From: an uncultured Hormoscilla sp.
GTDB lineage: Bacteria > Cyanobacteriota > Cyanobacteriia > Cyanobacteriales > Desertifilaceae
Assembly (NCBI GenBank): GCA_963921275.4
Contig: OZ001293.3
Span: 3,616,001-3,680,000, forward strand
Direction: 5' to 3'
Length of the DNA stretch: 64,000 nt
Part shown: positions 10,659 through 21,517 of the stretch, piece after piece
How the letters are laid out: each line of letters starts with the position of its first letter
Position numbering within the stretch: position 1 is the first letter of the stretch
Made by a program: the position numbers and the translations under genes
The notes under the pieces: generated by a model
Databases searched by the model: none
Seen by the model: only the letters and a program-made list of their open reading frames with translations
What the model was told of the DNA's origin: nothing

Positions 10659-12674
10659 ATGCAGCGATCGCTAATTTCCCTGGCCCTCAGCCTGATTTCT
10701 CTGACATCTCTAACCCCATCAGGGTGGGGGGCGACAGCCCCCAGAAACCCAGATAAGACCGTAGAATGCGAACTCTTAGTTGTAGGTGGGGGTTTATCCG
10801 GTGCCGCTACCGCCTATGAAGGCTTGCTAGCAGGAAAAACCGTTTGTCTTACGGAAATTACTGACTGGGTAGGAGGACAAATTTCATCTCAAGGAACTTC
10901 CGCCCTGGACGAACGACCGACCCAGCGACAGCAGTTATTTTACTCCCGTGGCTATTTAGAATTGCGACAGCGCATTGAACGAAAATATCGTCAACTCAAC
11001 CCTGGAGATTGTTGGGTGAGTGAATCCTGTTTTCTGCCCCGTGACGGTCATAGGATCCTCTTTTCTATGCTTAAAGATGCTGCGAAACGGGGTAAAGGCA
11101 CCCTGGAATGGTATCCTTCGACTGTGGTTAAGGATTTGCAATTTAATTCAGCTGGGAACCTGATCGAAAGCGCGATCGCCATTCAACATCAACCCGCAGC
11201 CGGGGCGCCCCCCCTGAATACGGAACCATTATCCCAGACGATCGCCGATTGGTACAGCTACGAAAACTCGCCTCGGTTTGACAAACAGATTATCCGCTTT
11301 GTCCCCAAAGGACAAGCCCAAACCAATGTTCCCAGTTGGTATGTAGTAGAGGCGACGGAAACAGGCGAACTGATCGGACTTGCTGATGTCCCTTATCGTT
11401 TAGGCATCGATCCCCGTTCCCACTGGGAACCTTCTTCCTCCAGCGAAACAGGCGATCCTTACTGCACCCAAGGCTTTACCTATACCTTTGCAATGGAGGC
11501 GACTAAGAAACCCCAAACCCAAGAAATGCCTGAGTTTTATCCCCAATATTCTCCTTACTATAGCTATGAATTAGAACGACTGGCAGATTTTGGTCTCGTC
11601 TTCACCTATCGGCGGATTTGGAGCCCCAAAACGGGCGATCGGGTTCGTTTCCGAGGGCTGAGTTATACAGCCCCCACACCAGGAGATATCTCGATGCAAA
11701 ACTGGACTTGGGGGAATGACTACCGTCCGGGCACGTCCGAGGATAATTTAATTTACACTCGGGACCAGTTGCAAGAGACATGCCAACTGGAACCGGACAG
11801 TTGGATGGGGGGCTTGCGGATAGAGAGTTTACGTGCCGCTGAGGAACATGCCCGAGGTTATTATTACTGGTTGGTGGCGGGGACAACGGACTCCCAACTG
11901 GGGGATGCGGTCAAGCAGCCCCATCCCAACCATCGCTATCTATCAGGGTTAGATTCCCTCATGGGAACGGTGCATGGGTTGTCCAAATATCCCTATATGC
12001 GGGAAGCACGTCGGATTATTGGACGGCCTAGCTGGGGTCAACCGGATGGTTTTACCATTTCGGAAATTGATATCTCCCGTCGGGATTACCAGGATGACTA
12101 TTACCGCCAGACCTTGCCACCCCCGATGTATCGGAACTTGAGGGGGGCGATCGCGGGTTTGGAAGCATTGACGGTCATTAGCAGCGACCAACTGCCGGAG
12201 GAAGTGACGCGCCGCAGTCGTTCTACCATATATCCTGATAGTATCGGCATCGGTCACTACGCGATCGACTTCCATCCCTGCATGGATCAGAGTCCGCCGG
12301 AAATCCCTGGTAACACCGAACGTAAGGCAGAAAGGCGAGGGGCGGGACAAGCTTATCCCTTCCAAATTCCCCTGCGGGCCATGATTCCCCAAAAAATTGA
12401 TAATATGTTAGTCGCCGGTAAGAATATTGCCGCTAGCCACATCGCCGCCGCTGCTTATCGAGTACATTCCTTTGAATGGTCGGCTGGGGCCGCCGCTGGC
12501 ATTACCGCCGCTTTCGCCCTGGAAACGGGGATAATGCCCTATCAGATGGTGCAGGATCTGCCAGTACTCTCACCCCTGCTGGAATTGTTGCAACTGCGCT
12601 TGCAGAACAATGGTAACCCGATCGCCTTCCCCGATACCTCAATCTTTAACGAAAATTGGGACGATTGGCGTTAG
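10659..12674 (+). CDS. FAD-dependent oxidoreductase with signal peptide (conserved cyanobacterial)
   Basis: LLVVGGGLSG Rossmann motif, E..DWVGGQISSQG, PYMREARRI, FQIPLRAMIP. Confidence 0.88.
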   Translation: MQRSLISLALSLISLTSLTPSGWGATAPRNPDKTVECELLVVGGGLSGAATAYEGLLAGKTVCLTEITDWVGGQISSQGTSALDERPTQRQQLFYSRGYLELRQRIERKYRQLNPGDCWVSESCFLPRDGHRILFSMLKDAAKRGKGTLEWYPSTVVKDLQFNSAGNLIESAIAIQHQPAAGAPPLNTEPLSQTIADWYSYENSPRFDKQIIRFVPKGQAQTNVPSWYVVEATETGELIGLADVPYRLGIDPRSHWEPSSSSETGDPYCTQGFTYTFAMEATKKPQTQEMPEFYPQYSPYYSYELERLADFGLVFTYRRIWSPKTGDRVRFRGLSYTAPTPGDISMQNWTWGNDYRPGTSEDNLIYTRDQLQETCQLEPDSWMGGLRIESLRAAEEHARGYYYWLVAGTTDSQLGDAVKQPHPNHRYLSGLDSLMGTVHGLSKYPYMREARRIIGRPSWGQPDGFTISEIDISRRDYQDDYYRQTLPPPMYRNLRGAIAGLEALTVISSDQLPEEVTRRSRSTIYPDSIGIGHYAIDFHPCMDQSPPEIPGNTERKAERRGAGQAYPFQIPLRAMIPQKIDNMLVAGKNIAASHIAAAAYRVHSFEWSAGAAAGITAAFALETGIMPYQMVQDLPVLSPLLELLQLRLQNNGNPIAFPDTSIFNENWDDWR

Positions 12675-12697
12675 AGTGACCAGTGGTTCCCAGTCCC

Positions 12698-12863
12698 CTC
12701 GTTCCCAGGTTCTACCTGGGAATGCCTCTAGGAGGCAGAGCCTCCATTAGGGCCACATTCTACCTCCATCCCAGACTAACCTCGTTCTCAGGTTCTACCT
12801 GGGAATGCCTCTAGGAGGCAGAGCCTCCATTAGGGCCACATTCTACCTCCATCCCAGACTAAC
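12698..12863. repeat. Two tandem 83-bp copies of a REP-like unit
   Basis: CTCGTTC(C/T)CAGGTTCTACCTGGGAATGCCTCTAGGAGGCAGAGCCTCC... starting at 12698 and 12781. Confidence 0.9.
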
Positions 12864-12911
12864 CCTACTTAGGTTAACATTATCAAAGTAGGATTTTAAT
12901 CATTTCGGGAA

Positions 12912-13247
12912 ATGCCTATGGCTATGGTTCTTTCAGCGGATGTTTATGGGATGGCTACTGCGCCGCCGACTATAGCACCCGAACGGTCAAGTCAAGTTAC
13001 CCGTAAGCCCTATCCCAACTACAAGGTCATCGTTCTCAATGATGATTTCAACACATTTCAGCGCGTTCACGACTGCTTGGTAAAATATATTCCCGGGATG
13101 TCCAGCGATCGGGCCTGGGAACTGACCAACCAGGTGCATTTTGAAGGTCTGGCGATTGTCTGGGTTGGCCCCCAGGAACCTGCTGAACTTTACCACCAGC
13201 AGTTGAGTCGCGCCGGTTTAACTATGGCCCCCCTAGAAAAAGCTTAA
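12912..13247 (+). CDS. clpS: ATP-dependent Clp protease adaptor ClpS (start possibly ATG 12951)
   Basis: YPNYKVIVLNDDFNTFQ...QVHFEG.AIVWVGPQE.AELYH. Confidence 0.93.
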   Translation: MPMAMVLSADVYGMATAPPTIAPERSSQVTRKPYPNYKVIVLNDDFNTFQRVHDCLVKYIPGMSSDRAWELTNQVHFEGLAIVWVGPQEPAELYHQQLSRAGLTMAPLEKA

Positions 13248-13251
13248 ACTC

Positions 13252-13542
13252 ATGGGCAAACCAAATAAAGGAAGAGTAGTTTGGAATCATTCTACCCACA
13301 TTGATGGCTTAATCCCCGTTTTAGAGCGGCTGACTGACTGCGATGAGATTACCACTGTCACCCCCGGTGTCATCAGTCGCTCTAAAAGTCATTCCCCTCA
13401 TATGCAGTTGAAGGTTTCTGTGCCCATTCGCGGAGGGTTCAAGGCGATCGCCCGACAGGGGAAAAGCGTCCAAGAGGTGTTTGTGGTTACTACCCTGTCT
13501 CAAGCTGATTTAGAGGATGCGATCAGTAAGGCCTTAAAATAG
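13252..13542 (+). CDS. DUF2103 domain protein
   Basis: GRVVWNHSTHIDGLIPVLE...GGFKAIARQGKSVQEVF; commonly found next to clpS in cyanobacteria. Confidence 0.85.
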   Translation: MGKPNKGRVVWNHSTHIDGLIPVLERLTDCDEITTVTPGVISRSKSHSPHMQLKVSVPIRGGFKAIARQGKSVQEVFVVTTLSQADLEDAISKALK

Positions 13543-13882
13543 ATCACAAATATTCATATTGTCAAGGGAAAAAACAGCTCCAGGCCCTGCCGGCACCTAT
13601 ACCATCGCCGGGCCCACCACAGAGGGTTGAGACCTGAGGCGATCGCCGTCAAACCCAGTCCCACAAAGGTTGTGAGCGCGGGGCTGGGTCGGGCTCTGGC
13701 CTCGGTTCGACCCAGCAATATTACTTAGTCAAGGAGAGAAAGCCGCCGTGAACCAACCAGCAGTCAAAGATCGTTTGGCAGCAGCAGGAAGATGTAGTAA
13801 TATTGCCAGTACAGGCAATTCAGCTGTAGCGGATGGTGGGCGGTGCCACCCTACATAAGCTTAATTTTTTAATGGGGAATTT

Positions 13883-15664
13883 CTAATTGGGAATGGGGAA
13901 TTGTTTTACCCATTGGACGATGCCATCTGCCAAGGTATGGGCCAATTTTTTCTGTTCCCTGGAATTGACAATCCACTCAAATTCTACTGGATTGATCATA
14001 AATCCCAATTCCAATAATACAGCTGGAGCCACAGATGGACGGGTTAATGCTAGATTATTCCAAAATACCCCGTAAGAAGGACGTTCTAGTTCCGCGACCA
14101 GATAGTTATGCCAAAATACTGCTAGACTATGAGCTTGGGGGTGATACCAAAAACTGCCGATACCCGCAGTCCCGATCGCATCTCCGCTATCTGGCAAGGC
14201 ATTGTAATGCAAACTGAGAGCTATATCCGGTTCTGTCCGTTCGATTATCTCCACCCGCTCGTGGGGCCAGAGATCGTCATCTCCTTGGCGGGTCATAATC
14301 ACCGTAGCACCCCGTCGTCTGAGCTGCTCTGCCAACAACTGGGATATAATCAGGGTCACATCTTTTTCGGGATAGCCATTTGGTCCTCTAGCACCCAAAT
14401 CATTCTCGCTACCATGCCCCGGATCCAAAAGAATTCTCATCCCCGATAATGGTTTACGCCCCCTTCCCTTTACTTGTGGAGGATGGCGCAGGGACAAGAT
14501 TAGAGTTGTGCCTTCATATCTGAGCTTGTAGCCCCACTGTTGGGTCCCTTTGATCTCAAAGATATATTTTAGTTGAGTGGGTGATGTCTGTTGCCAGTCT
14601 AGCCGTGCTATCAGCGGGTCGTCATTAAAGAAAATCGTGTCCGTTTGGGCAGTGGTGTTGTAGAGACTGAGGGTAATGGTGTCAGTATGTTGCTCTACAC
14701 TCACCGGTACTGGCACTTGTAAGGGAAATAGTACCTCAGTCCAGCCCGGTATCTGACGGGCGCGGACACTGCGAATTAAGGATGTCGGCGGCACGGAACT
14801 GGACAGAATGCGGGTTTCTTGGCTGCCTATCCATGCTCCATAGTCCAGTCTCAGCCACTCTCCTTCTCGTCCGGTAATGGCAGATCTGGTGCCTTTAGGT
14901 AGAGGGGTGAGGCGAGAATAGTTGGTACTGGGGCCAGTGCGGGCCGTACCAGAGTCAACGGTGACTTCGGCAATCTCAAATTGAGTGGGAGACAAAACCG
15001 AAATCTTTCCTGGCCCTAACTGCGTTATACTCCGACCATTCATGCTCAGTTGAAACCTGGGTTGACCTAAATTTATTGTCCTGTTCTCCATCAGGGGCAG
15101 GGTGGTATAACCGGAGTATTGACTGCCCGCCTCCTCTGAGAAATTGGGCTGGTTTTCCCCTGTTAATACGGCAGAATTGAGCGGCAGCTGTATGTCTTGG
15201 GGTTGGGGCCCTAGGGTAATGATTTCATCCCCCAGCTGCACGGAGACAAGGGCGTTCCTGGGGGCGATCGCCCCAAAACAGACCCGATCGCCTGGCATCC
15301 TAGCGATATCTACTGCTGGTTTGAGGGAACCTTCTGCAAATGCCATCCCTACAGGTACTGGTGGTGCCGTTGACTTGCGAGTTACTTTAATCTGGAGTTC
15401 CTGGTCTTGATAGCGCAGGATAAATATATTTTCTCCCAGCCGCAAGGGAAAACTCGGGGCAAAATGTCCCGCCCGACTGCGAGAAATCTTGTTATCATTG
15501 ACCAATACTTCTCCCTCTGTCGGGGCGGTACCAATCAAGAATATCTGTGGGGCTGTAGTTTCATGTTCTGCTGGTGGATAGACGACAAATAGCGGTTGTT
15601 CTGCCCAGGCAGGTGCTGTCAGCACAACTGTCCCTAATGTAGCTAATCCGATAATCTTTTCCAT
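13883..15664 (-). CDS. N-acetylmuramoyl-L-alanine amidase (Amidase_3) with signal peptide
   Basis: ILLDPGHG, EKDVTL, SLHYNA, VLLELGFM Zn-binding motifs. Confidence 0.92.
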   Translation of the reverse strand: MEKIIGLATLGTVVLTAPAWAEQPLFVVYPPAEHETTAPQIFLIGTAPTEGEVLVNDNKISRSRAGHFAPSFPLRLGENIFILRYQDQELQIKVTRKSTAPPVPVGMAFAEGSLKPAVDIARMPGDRVCFGAIAPRNALVSVQLGDEIITLGPQPQDIQLPLNSAVLTGENQPNFSEEAGSQYSGYTTLPLMENRTINLGQPRFQLSMNGRSITQLGPGKISVLSPTQFEIAEVTVDSGTARTGPSTNYSRLTPLPKGTRSAITGREGEWLRLDYGAWIGSQETRILSSSVPPTSLIRSVRARQIPGWTEVLFPLQVPVPVSVEQHTDTITLSLYNTTAQTDTIFFNDDPLIARLDWQQTSPTQLKYIFEIKGTQQWGYKLRYEGTTLILSLRHPPQVKGRGRKPLSGMRILLDPGHGSENDLGARGPNGYPEKDVTLIISQLLAEQLRRRGATVIMTRQGDDDLWPHERVEIIERTEPDIALSLHYNALPDSGDAIGTAGIGSFWYHPQAHSLAVFWHNYLVAELERPSYGVFWNNLALTRPSVAPAVLLELGFMINPVEFEWIVNSREQKKLAHTLADGIVQWVKQFPIPN

Positions 15665-15994
15665 CTTTATTATTTCACATCTGGATTTTATTTATTGACT
15701 TTTACATAGCCTTACTGTGTTATTATAGCATCAAAGCCCATGCGCTCTCTGGTTAAATCGCTGAAGCCCTTATGCTGTCTGCAATTTACAGGATTAATCT
15801 CAAATAGGAACGAGGAGGAACCCAACGTCTTGGTCTCGAGGCGCATCCTGGAGCACGAGCGCCAGTGCGGAAAGGAGACACTACCAAAAAGATGCCAGAC
15901 CCTCTCTGGTTATGTACAAACTTAGCTTGGTTAGCCAGATAATTGACTTGGTATGATACAAACTGAGCCATGTATAAGCAAATATAAAATTTAT

Positions 15995-16075
15995 AAACAA
16001 ACTGAGGCATAGATGAGCATAAATGAGGCATGGATGAGCCTAACTAAGGCATAGATGAGCCTAACTAAGCCTATA
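15995..16075. repeat. Degenerate 21-bp tandem repeat (about 3.5 units)
   Basis: AACTGAGGCATAGATGAGCAT / AAATGAGGCATGGATGAGCCT / AACTAAGGCATAGATGAGCCT / AACTAAGCC. Confidence 0.75.
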
Positions 16076-16395
16076 ATTAAGAAGCCTCCGCTGAGTGTGA
16101 GAACTCTATTGGTGCCTTAAAAGATGTAGCCCTCACGGGATGGAGCTACATGAACTAGCCCCACCTAAACGGGATATACTCTCCTTCGATATCTCCTGGA
16201 GTATAAATAAGGTATTTTCCCACGAGCATCTGGGGCGGGGGTCAGTTACCTAGGAGGCTATACTCGTCAAAAATTTAGCAAAGAGTTTTTGAGAATATCC
16301 GCGATCTCCCTATAGCAGCTAGGCATACCATAGGCAGCTAGGCATACCATAGGTTATAAGTAATAGGAGTATACCCAAGAGAATAAATTCTTGGG

Positions 16396-18180
16396 CTATA
16401 TAGCTAAGATCATAGGAGAATCAAATGAAATATCCAACAAATACCAAAACCTTAGAAAGGACCGTGTCCCAACTGCTCGCGCAGCGCATTCGCGCAGCGT
16501 GCGCGCAGCGCATTCGCCCAGCGTGCGCGCAGCGCATTCGCCATCAAACCCATGCGGCCCAAACAGAATATCGGCTACCAACCGACTGACATCACAATTA
16601 TACAAAGGCCCAATGGGGATACGATTCACCACCGCGCTAGTTAATTGCATCCTCTCGATCGTCTGGATCAGGGGATGGGTGGGACTGACTTCGTTATCTC
16701 GATAGGCCCCGATGGTTAAGATATATTTGCTATCCATGTCAGTCATCAGCAGCTCAATTAACTGCAAAGATGCTGCATCTGCCCACTGTAAGTCATCCAA
16801 GAACAGCACTAGAGGGTGTTCTGCTTTGCAAAAGACACCGATAAATTGGAGAAACACCCGATTAAAGCGGTTTTGGCTTTCCGATGGTCCCAGTTGCGGC
16901 ATTTTTGGCTGGGGACCGATAATCAGTTCTACTTTCGGAATCACATCTACGATCGCCTGACCGTTCGGTCCCAGGGCCTTTTGCAGTTCTGCACCCCAAG
17001 CCGCCAGTTTCTGAGAACTTTCTGTCAACAGCATACTCATCAATTCCGAGAACGCTTGAATTACCCCTGAATAGGGGATATTCCGCGTGAACTGGTCGTA
17101 CTTGCCAGTTATAAAATAGCCCCATGCCTTGACGATCGGTCTCTGGACTTCATTGACAATTGCCGTTTTCCCAATCCCCGAGTAGCCGCTTACCAGCAGC
17201 ATCTCCGCTTCCCCCTGGGATACCCTAGCGAAGGCATTCATCAGAACCTTTACTTCCGCTTCCCTGCCATAGAGTTTTTGTGGAATCAGCAGTTGCCCTC
17301 GGCGGCGATCGCGCCTTCCGGGAACAAAGTCCGACAGTTCTCCTCCAGCAAGCAGCCTCTTCAGGCATATTTCCAGGTCATACTTTAGTCCCGCCCCACT
17401 TTGGTATCTCTCTTCCGCATTCTTGGCCAATAGTTTCATCACGATCGCCGCCACCGCCTCCGGTATCTTCGGGTTTATCTGCTGGGGCGATAACGGTTGT
17501 TTGGCAATATGGCTGTGAACCAATTCCATCGGGTCAGTGCTGATAAAAGGCAGCCTGCCCGTTAGCATTTCATATAAGGTCACCCCCAAGGAATAGAAGT
17601 CCGTCCGGTAGTCGATCGAGCGATTCATCCGACCAGTTTGCTCTGGTGACATATAGACCAGGGTTCCTTCTAGAGCCATATCTCCTTTCGGAAGCTGGCC
17701 TGGTGTGGCGTTGGTAACTGCCAAGCGCGACGCTAGGCTAAAGTCTGTCAGTCTTACCTCCCCTGTGTTCTCATTAATGATGATATTTGATGGTTTGATA
17801 TCCTTATGAATAATCAGCACTTTATGCAGTTCCTCCAAGCTGTCTGCGATCGCGATCGCGATCCGCAGACATTCTGTGGGGGAGTATACTCGTCGCACCA
17901 CCCAATTCATGGCTTTCCCGCCAATATCTTCTAAGATGAGAGCATATCCATTCTGATATTTTTCCAGGCTGTAGGGTTTAATAATCCCCGGACAGACTAC
18001 ATTTTCCAGGATTGTATATTCCCGTCTTAACCGAGCTATTTGTTCCAGGGTTGGATTTTGCGAGCTCGGTACTTTTATGATAATTGGCTTTTGGTCTTTT
18101 TCTCGGATCCCGCGATAAATAGAGGTGCGGATGCCAAATACAAGGAACGAGGTGATTTTCTATCCCGACAGTTCGATCAT
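16396..18180 (-). pseudogene. Ser/Thr kinase-AAA ATPase multi-sensor kinase, nonsense-mutated and C-terminally truncated
   Basis: HKDIKPSN, YMSPEQTGRMNR, Walker A GYSGIGKT, LDDLQWAD; upstream frame MIELSG*KIT... from ATG 18180 has TAG at 18160-18162; similarity ends near 16550 at a GC-rich repeat, with no GAF or His-kinase part. Confidence 0.85.
16476..16542. repeat. 24-bp GC-rich tandem repeat (about 3 units)
   Basis: GCGCGCAGCGCATTCGC(G/C)CAGCGT repeated; a related unit occurs at ~40745-40770. Confidence 0.8.
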
Positions 18181-18410
18181 GATTGTCTCTCTCTACTGCA
18201 AATTTTCTTCACAAGTTTTTCTATCATATCACAAGCCGACTGTCTGTGTATATACTCCGAACAGTCAGGAACTGCGCTTAAGGGGTCATTGTGCCTTTTG
18301 AGTGACTTTCCCCCGCTAGCGCAGCGGCCCGACGCCAGGAGGGCTAGCAATCTCCCTATTGGGCACGACCGATAGAAGGAGACTGGCCGCGTGAGTACAT
18401 CGACAGGCTG

Positions 18411-19281
18411 ATGATCCTGACATTTGCCAGTATAATATATCAGAGTCCCTCGGCGAGTAATTTCATGGTTAACAACTGCACCTCTTTGAAAGTTTCAGCA
18501 GCACTCTGGCCGACCCTAGCTTTTGGGGCCGCAGCTATATTTACAGCATCCCCAAATGCCTACGGGGCTCTACCTACCCCAGCACCAACAGGGGCTCGGC
18601 AAGTCAGAACCCATGTTCAACCTCACGATCCTCTGACGTCAGCCCAGGCAGCAACCAGTGATGGGGTAGTGGAGCGTGCCGAGGGACCGATCGCCCAATT
18701 TGTGGAAGTCCATCGGCTGTCGGAGGAAAGGATGACAAAACCCGGGATGGGTCAAGTGACCTCCGTTACTCAGCTTTACGACATCCAACCCACGGACTGG
18801 GCCTTCGGTGCTCTCCAGTCACTAGTGGAGCGTTACGGGTGTATTGCCGGATATCCTGACGGCACCTACCGGCGCAACAGGGCTTTGACACGCTATGAGT
18901 TTGCTGCTGGCTTAAACGCCTGCTTAGACCGGATTAACGAATTAATTGCGGCGGCCACAGTTAGCCAAGTCCGCCGAGAGGACATAGTCATCCTGCAACG
19001 GTTGCAAGAGGACTTTGCCATAGAACTGGCCCAACTGCGGGGTCGGATAGATTCCCTGGAAACTCGGACCGGAGCATTGGAAGCCAACCGGTTCTCCCCT
19101 AGCAACAGACCCCAGGAACCATTATTTTCCTTGGGCAGCAACAGCCGGCTGTTAGGGGAAGCGATATTTACTTTGTCTGATGTCTTTTCTGGGGAGGGTG
19201 ACAGGGAAACAGTCTGGCAAGAGCGGGTACGGATGGTGCTATTAACCTCATTCACCGGTAAAGACCTGTTGTTCTACCGTT
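18411..19281 (+). pseudogene. Iron-uptake/OprB-type porin with SLH domain, truncated
   Basis: QVTSVTQL.DIQPTDWAFGALQSLVERYGCIAGYPD...TRYEFAAGLNACL; stops being porin-like just after TSFTGKDLL. Confidence 0.88.
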
Positions 19282-21414
19282 TTGCTCAATGGCAAGCGGA
19301 CCTCAGAAGAGATCGTAGACTTTCTGGAAGAGCAGGTATCTCCATCTGAGGTTTACTATGCTTTGATGCTGATGGAACAGAAGGGCTATATCGTGGAAAG
19401 CGATGATGCTATGCCATGGTCAATAGCAGCTTTTTACTCACTTTTGAATGTGACTCCGCATCTGGCTATGACGCGCTTGCGATCGACAAAGGTTGCCATC
19501 ACGTCATACGGCAATGTGCCAACAGCACCTTTAATTTCCCTACTAGAGTCACTCAACATCCAAGTAGGAGATGCAGGCGAGCTGGCGGTAGTATTAACTG
19601 ACGACTACCTGCAAGATGGTCTGGATGCCTTTAACCGCCAAGCTTTAGAGTCCCAAAGCCCCTGGATCTTAATCAAACCCGTGGGAGCGATAATTTGGCT
19701 CGGTCCCATATTTGTTCCGGGAAAAACGGGTTGTTGGCAATGTCTAGCTCAACGTTTGCGCTCTAACCGCCCAGTAGAAACTTTTATCCAGAAACATAAA
19801 AAAATCTCGACTCCTTTGCCTACCTCAATTGCGGCCTTTCCAGCGGTTCAACAGACGGGACTAAATTTAGCTGCCAGTGAAATTGCTAAATGGATTGTGC
19901 GGGGAGAGAATCAAACCCTAGAAGGTACTCTAGTTACCTGGGACATGATATCTCTAAAGAAGAAAGATCACGCTCTGGTTAAGCGTCCTCAATGCCCTGA
20001 ATGTGGAGAACCTCAATATAAACCCGACAGCTTCCCCGTACCGGTGGTGCTAGAAAGCCGCAAGAAAGTTTTCACTGCTGACGGCGGACACCGGACTTCT
20101 TCCCCCGAAGAAACTATGAAGAAATACGAACACCACATCAGCACCCTACTGGGAGCAGTCAGGGAAATCAAGCCCCAGATTAATTTGAAGGGAAATCCTT
20201 TGACACCTATTTATGTGGCGGGGCATAACTTTGCGACAATGTTCGATAGTTTATACTTTTTGCGGGAAAATTTGCGAGGCAGAAGCGGTGGCAAAGGTAA
20301 GAGTGATGCCCAAGCAAAAGCTAGCGCCCTCTGCGAGGCGATCGAACGATATTCGGGCATATTTCAGGGCTATGAACCTCGGCAGCGCGGCACCTACAAA
20401 CAAATGGGCGATCGGGCAATTCACCCCAATGCTTGCATGCATTTTAGCGAGGAGCAATACCAAACTCGTGCCGAATGGAATGCAAGCTGTCCCAGTTCTA
20501 TTCAAAAAGTGACATAACCCTTTGATGAGGAACGAGAAATTGAATGGACGCCAGTTTGGTCTTTAACTCATCAAGACTGGAAGTTCTTGCCCATGGCCTA
20601 TTGCTATTACGACCATGAAATGTCAGAATTAAATTATTGTATGGCTGACTCCAATGGCTGTGCGGCGGGCAATAGTAAAGAGGAGGCAATCCTGCAAGGT
20701 TTTATGGAGTTGGCAGAACGAGATAGTGTCTCCATCTGGTGGTATAATCGGCTGAAACGACCGGGGGTGGATTTAGACAGTTTTGACGAGCCCTATTTTC
20801 GAGCCCTGAAGGAGTATTATCGCACTATCGATCGCTCTCTCTGGGTTCTGGACATCACCATCGATCTGAAGATCCCCGCTTTTGTAGCAATTTCCAGTCG
20901 CACGGATAATGGACCAGTAGAGGATATTCTCTACGGCTTCGGTGCCCATTTCGACCCCAAAATCGCTATTATGCGGGCAGTGACGGAAGTAAATCAGACC
21001 CTACCAGCGGTAAAGACGGTTAAGCCAGATGGTACTACTGAATATTACTTCAATGACCAGCTAGCTATAGACTGGTGGCAGCAGGCGACAGTGGCTTCCT
21101 AACCTTATCTGGTTCCAGATGAAAACAGTCCCGCAAAGCGGTCTTCTGATTATCCCCAACTAGCTGCTGATGATTTGCGCGATGATGTAATGAATTGCGT
21201 GAAAATTGCCGAACAGTTGGGGATGGAAACTCTGGTTCTCGATCAGACACGTCCCGATCTGGGACTGAATGTGGTCAAGGTGATCGTACCGGAAATGCGC
21301 ATCTTTTGGAAAAGAAGCGGTCCGGGACGGCTTTATGATGTGCCGGTGAAATTGGGTTGGTTGCCTTCCCCTCGTCAAGAAAATGAACTTAACCCGTTTC
21401 CGATTTTCTTCTAG
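19282..21414 (+). pseudogene. PatD/TruD-like fused E1-YcaO cyclodehydratase (TOMM/cyanobactin heterocyclase)
   Basis: GPIFVPGKTGCWQCL, KRPQCPECG, GGHR, SGGKGK...ALCEAIERYS, DSNGCAAG, ERDS, C-terminal NPFPIFF; in-frame TAA at 20515-20517 and 21100-21102; N-terminus missing (begins at LNG). Confidence 0.9.
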
Positions 21415-21491
21415 CGTAGGACTCTCGTGTCGCCTGTCAGCGTAGGACGGGCGACACGAGAGGTCCGTAGGATAGGCGGATGGCCTGTCAG
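21415..21491. repeat. REP-like GCGTAGGAC(A/G)GGCG..CGCCTGTC repeat cluster
   Basis: Related units at ~333-358 (reverse) and ~48931-48995 (two tandem copies). Confidence 0.65.
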
Positions 21492-21517
21492 GAAGTTGTC
21501 AAAACAAAGGGTGAATT

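Noticed and set aside
12698..12863. Possible CRISPR array (also considered for 15995-16075 and 16476-16542)
   Set aside because: Units are directly tandem with no unique spacers, and no cas genes are present
13560..13740. GC-rich structured RNA or MITE between DUF2103 and the amidase
   Set aside because: No second copy in the window and no clear termini or known RNA motif
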